DNA of 64,000 nt, taken from Takakia lepidozioides (taxonomy: Eukaryota; Plantae; Bryophyta). Below the pieces are notes generated by a model, which saw nothing but the letters and a program-made list of their open reading frames with translations, was not told the origin of the DNA and did not search any database. The position numbers and the translations under genes are program-made. The stretch is taken from NCBI GenBank assembly GCA_030704615.1, contig CM060732.1:48980001-49044000 (forward strand), read 5' to 3'. This document shows positions 61,660-64,000 of this stretch, piece after piece; positions within the stretch are counted from its first letter, which is position 1; every line of letters begins with the position of its first letter.

Positions 61660-62379
61660 TGTCGCACACCTCACTTCGGTAAGCTCCCCTTCAAGTCATA
61701 GTTACTCGCTTTCATGCGCGCGCCTAACTCCCAACCTGGCCGCCGGGCCAACTCAGAGCTTTGGCTGCTCACCGAGACATAACGATCCCCCTTTTCTACC
61801 CCAACAATCCACCAATTTGGACCTAGTGGAAATTCCATTGATAGTTGGCAGTCCGGAATAGCTCCCCACTTCTAGGTCGCTTTCCGGCTCGCTCGCTTAC
61901 TCACTAGTTTTTGGTCACCAACGGGCTTGCACCGTTCTCGGGGTTACTACTCCCTATATATACTTCTGTGACTGTCCGCGGGGGTTTCACAAACAACCAT
62001 GCCATTTTATGGTGAATCACCACGAAGACCCTCGATTCCCGGTGATGAGTCGCGGTGAGTCTTGGCCCTCCCACCACGGCCCCATTGGACCGTGGTGAGT
62101 CCCAAGACTCCCCACAACTCCCACCACAAGGTCTCCGCCCCGTGGTGAGTCCTATGCCACCCCCACTAAGTCCCACTAAGCTACCACCACCCCTTGTGGA
62201 GCCACCCCCACCGCAACCCGGTGTGCGGGGCTCCACTTAGTGAGCGCCTCCGCCTCCTTGAGTGCCTTGGGCACTCAAGGGTGCTTCAGCCCCCCGTACC
62301 TATTGCTGCCACCGCCCCCACCACATGGGCAGCCCCTCTGCGTCCCGACCCTCTGCCCTCAAGGCAAAGGGCCACGACA
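61660..62379 (-). repeat. 5' LTR
   Basis: Adjacent to the PBS; direct repeat of 55805-56528. Confidence 0.95.
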
Positions 62380-63059
62380 GTTATTTGGTTGCATGTTTGG
62401 AAACTGAAAAACTGCAAGCTGGTCCATCAAGATGCTTGTGTATACATGTCTTGAATCTGTAGTATGGCAGGCTATTCTTACCTACCCAAGGGGCTTTGCA
62501 TGATGCATGTCTTGGGGTAATAACAAATGGTAAAGAATGAGGCTGCAATATGCTTTGTCATGCCCAAGAGGGTTACTTGGTTGCATGCTTGGAATTTGCC
62601 CAAATTGCAGGCTAGTCCATCAAGATGCTTGTGTGTACATATCTTGAATCTGTAATATGGCAGGTTGTTCTTACTTGCCCAAGATGCCTTGCATGATGTA
62701 TGTCTTGGGGTAGTACTAATAAGATAGGCTGCAAATTATTTTGTCATACCCAAGATGTTTGCTTAAAGGGCATGTCTTGAATCTGTAATATTGCAGGTTG
62801 GCTTCACATACACAAGATGTTTTGCTCTAGAATGCATGTCTTGTTGTAATTATGATGCCAGGAAAGGGTATGACAGGCGCAACAATCTGATTTTTCAGTA
62901 CACAAGATGTTTGCTTATATGCTTGTCTTGTTGTCATGACTTGTACATAAACAAACCCCGCCCTCCCACCCTGTTTATCATGAATGATTGGGTGAAATCA
63001 ATTGGGAAGTCATGACTAGAATGGAAGTGTTAGATGGTGCCCTGTTTATGGGCTGTTTA

Positions 63060-63290
63060 TGTCTTTAATTGACAATGACCCTAATAGGGTCTTGTCCATG
63101 TCTTGACATGACATGAATATCTTCCCACTCTCTCCATCTCTTTTGTCTCTCTCCCTCTCCTTCTCTCTTTTTAACCTTTTCTGCACCCTCTCTCCCTTGT
63201 GGTTTGTTTATTTTTGTGAGCAGCAAAAAAAAATGGAAGATACTTTTTGTCATGTCAAGACAAAGACAAGACCCCTAGGGTCATTTTCAT
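63060..63290. mobile_element. MITE-like inverted-repeat element
   Basis: ATGACCCTA..GGGTCTTGTC..TGTCTTGACATGACA...TATCTTCC at left; its inverse GGAAGATA...TGTCATGTCAAGACA..GACAAGACCC.TAGGGTCAT at right; partial copy at ~40205. Confidence 0.65.
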
Positions 63291-64000
63291 GAATAAGAAG
63301 AATAATTAGACATATCAGCCACTTAACAGTGGCACCATCCATCAATCATCAAGCTTAGAAAATCCAGAATTACATCCATGCACAGTAATGTGTTCATGTT
63401 AGTAATATTCATAACCCAAAGAGTATTTCACTTATGCTGATTGACCACCAGTCGTGATCATGATACACATTCAGAGGTCTGGGTAGGATGGCGGGTACTT
63501 GACCATATTTTGGCCTTGATGTGGTGCAGGTCAAATGGTCATACAGATTTACAATCCAGATTGACTAATTTCCGCAAGCTGTAATCCAAGCATACTTACT
63601 CAAACCCCATGGGTGTCATGGAGGGTTTTTTTAAAAAAAGAAAAAGAAAAAAAGAACTTGGATATCACAGATTTAAATACCTTGCCCTGCCAGTATTTGC
63701 TTAAACTGGTCTGCAGTACAACTTGCCCCCACAGGGGAGGGGGATAAGTCTGGTAAGTTTTCCAGAATATCCCTATACTGTTATTTCTTGCTACAGCTGA
63801 AACTCAAAGTTCATGACACAACAAGGTAAAAATAAAGGACTGCATACACATCCTGTGATAGTATATGATACTGTCAGCACACCCTATTCACATCATTCCA
63901 CGTTTGACCACGTCATTACACCATGTCCAGGGGGTATTTCCACTTAACCACCCTGGTTGCCTCAAAAACCAGTCACCAATTATATTGCTGCCATATTTCA

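Larger units (their letters stand above)
55805..62379 (-). mobile_element. Full-length but decayed Ty3/gypsy chromovirus LTR retrotransposon
   Basis: TG...CA LTRs at 55805-56528 and 61660-62379. 5-bp TSD GTTAT. PBS TGGTATCAGAG (tRNA-Met) at rc 61647-61657. Domain order gag-PR-RT-RH-INT-chromodomain. Confidence 0.97.

Overview
This is eukaryotic, repeat-rich land-plant genomic DNA. GT-AG introns, a PLS-class PPR gene and a PLATZ gene support this; a seed-free plant is my guess and cannot be established from the window. There is a 500-N assembly gap at 10145-10644. Most of the window is transposons: two Ty3/gypsy fragments, a complete but decayed chromovirus (55805-62379, TSD GTTAT), MITE-like elements and three large DNA transposons. 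The main observation is a complete 11.35-kb Mutator-like element (41475-52827, 9-bp TSD CATAGCGAT). It has an intact GCM-like/DDE/SWIM transposase and a divergently oriented, intron-containing cargo gene that fuses a ParB/Srx-like domain (DGNHR) to a beta-class N4C/N6A DNA-methyltransferase-like domain. A divergent homologue of this cargo gene lies in another TIR element (about 1639-10144). In both elements the same orthologous intron, and also the 5' non-coding DNA, carry arrays of an element-specific ~22-bp palindrome (GGAAATTCGGCGCCGAATTTCC versus TGAATGTCGTTGACGACATTCA). This suggests a transposon-encoded, parS/ParB-like, self-targeting DNA-binding or modification module; the function is inference only. 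A third element (14421-28737) carries a disrupted MULE transposase and a Ulp1-like protease and is saturated with TGTAACCC motifs. All family assignments were made by eye from motifs; no database search was run.
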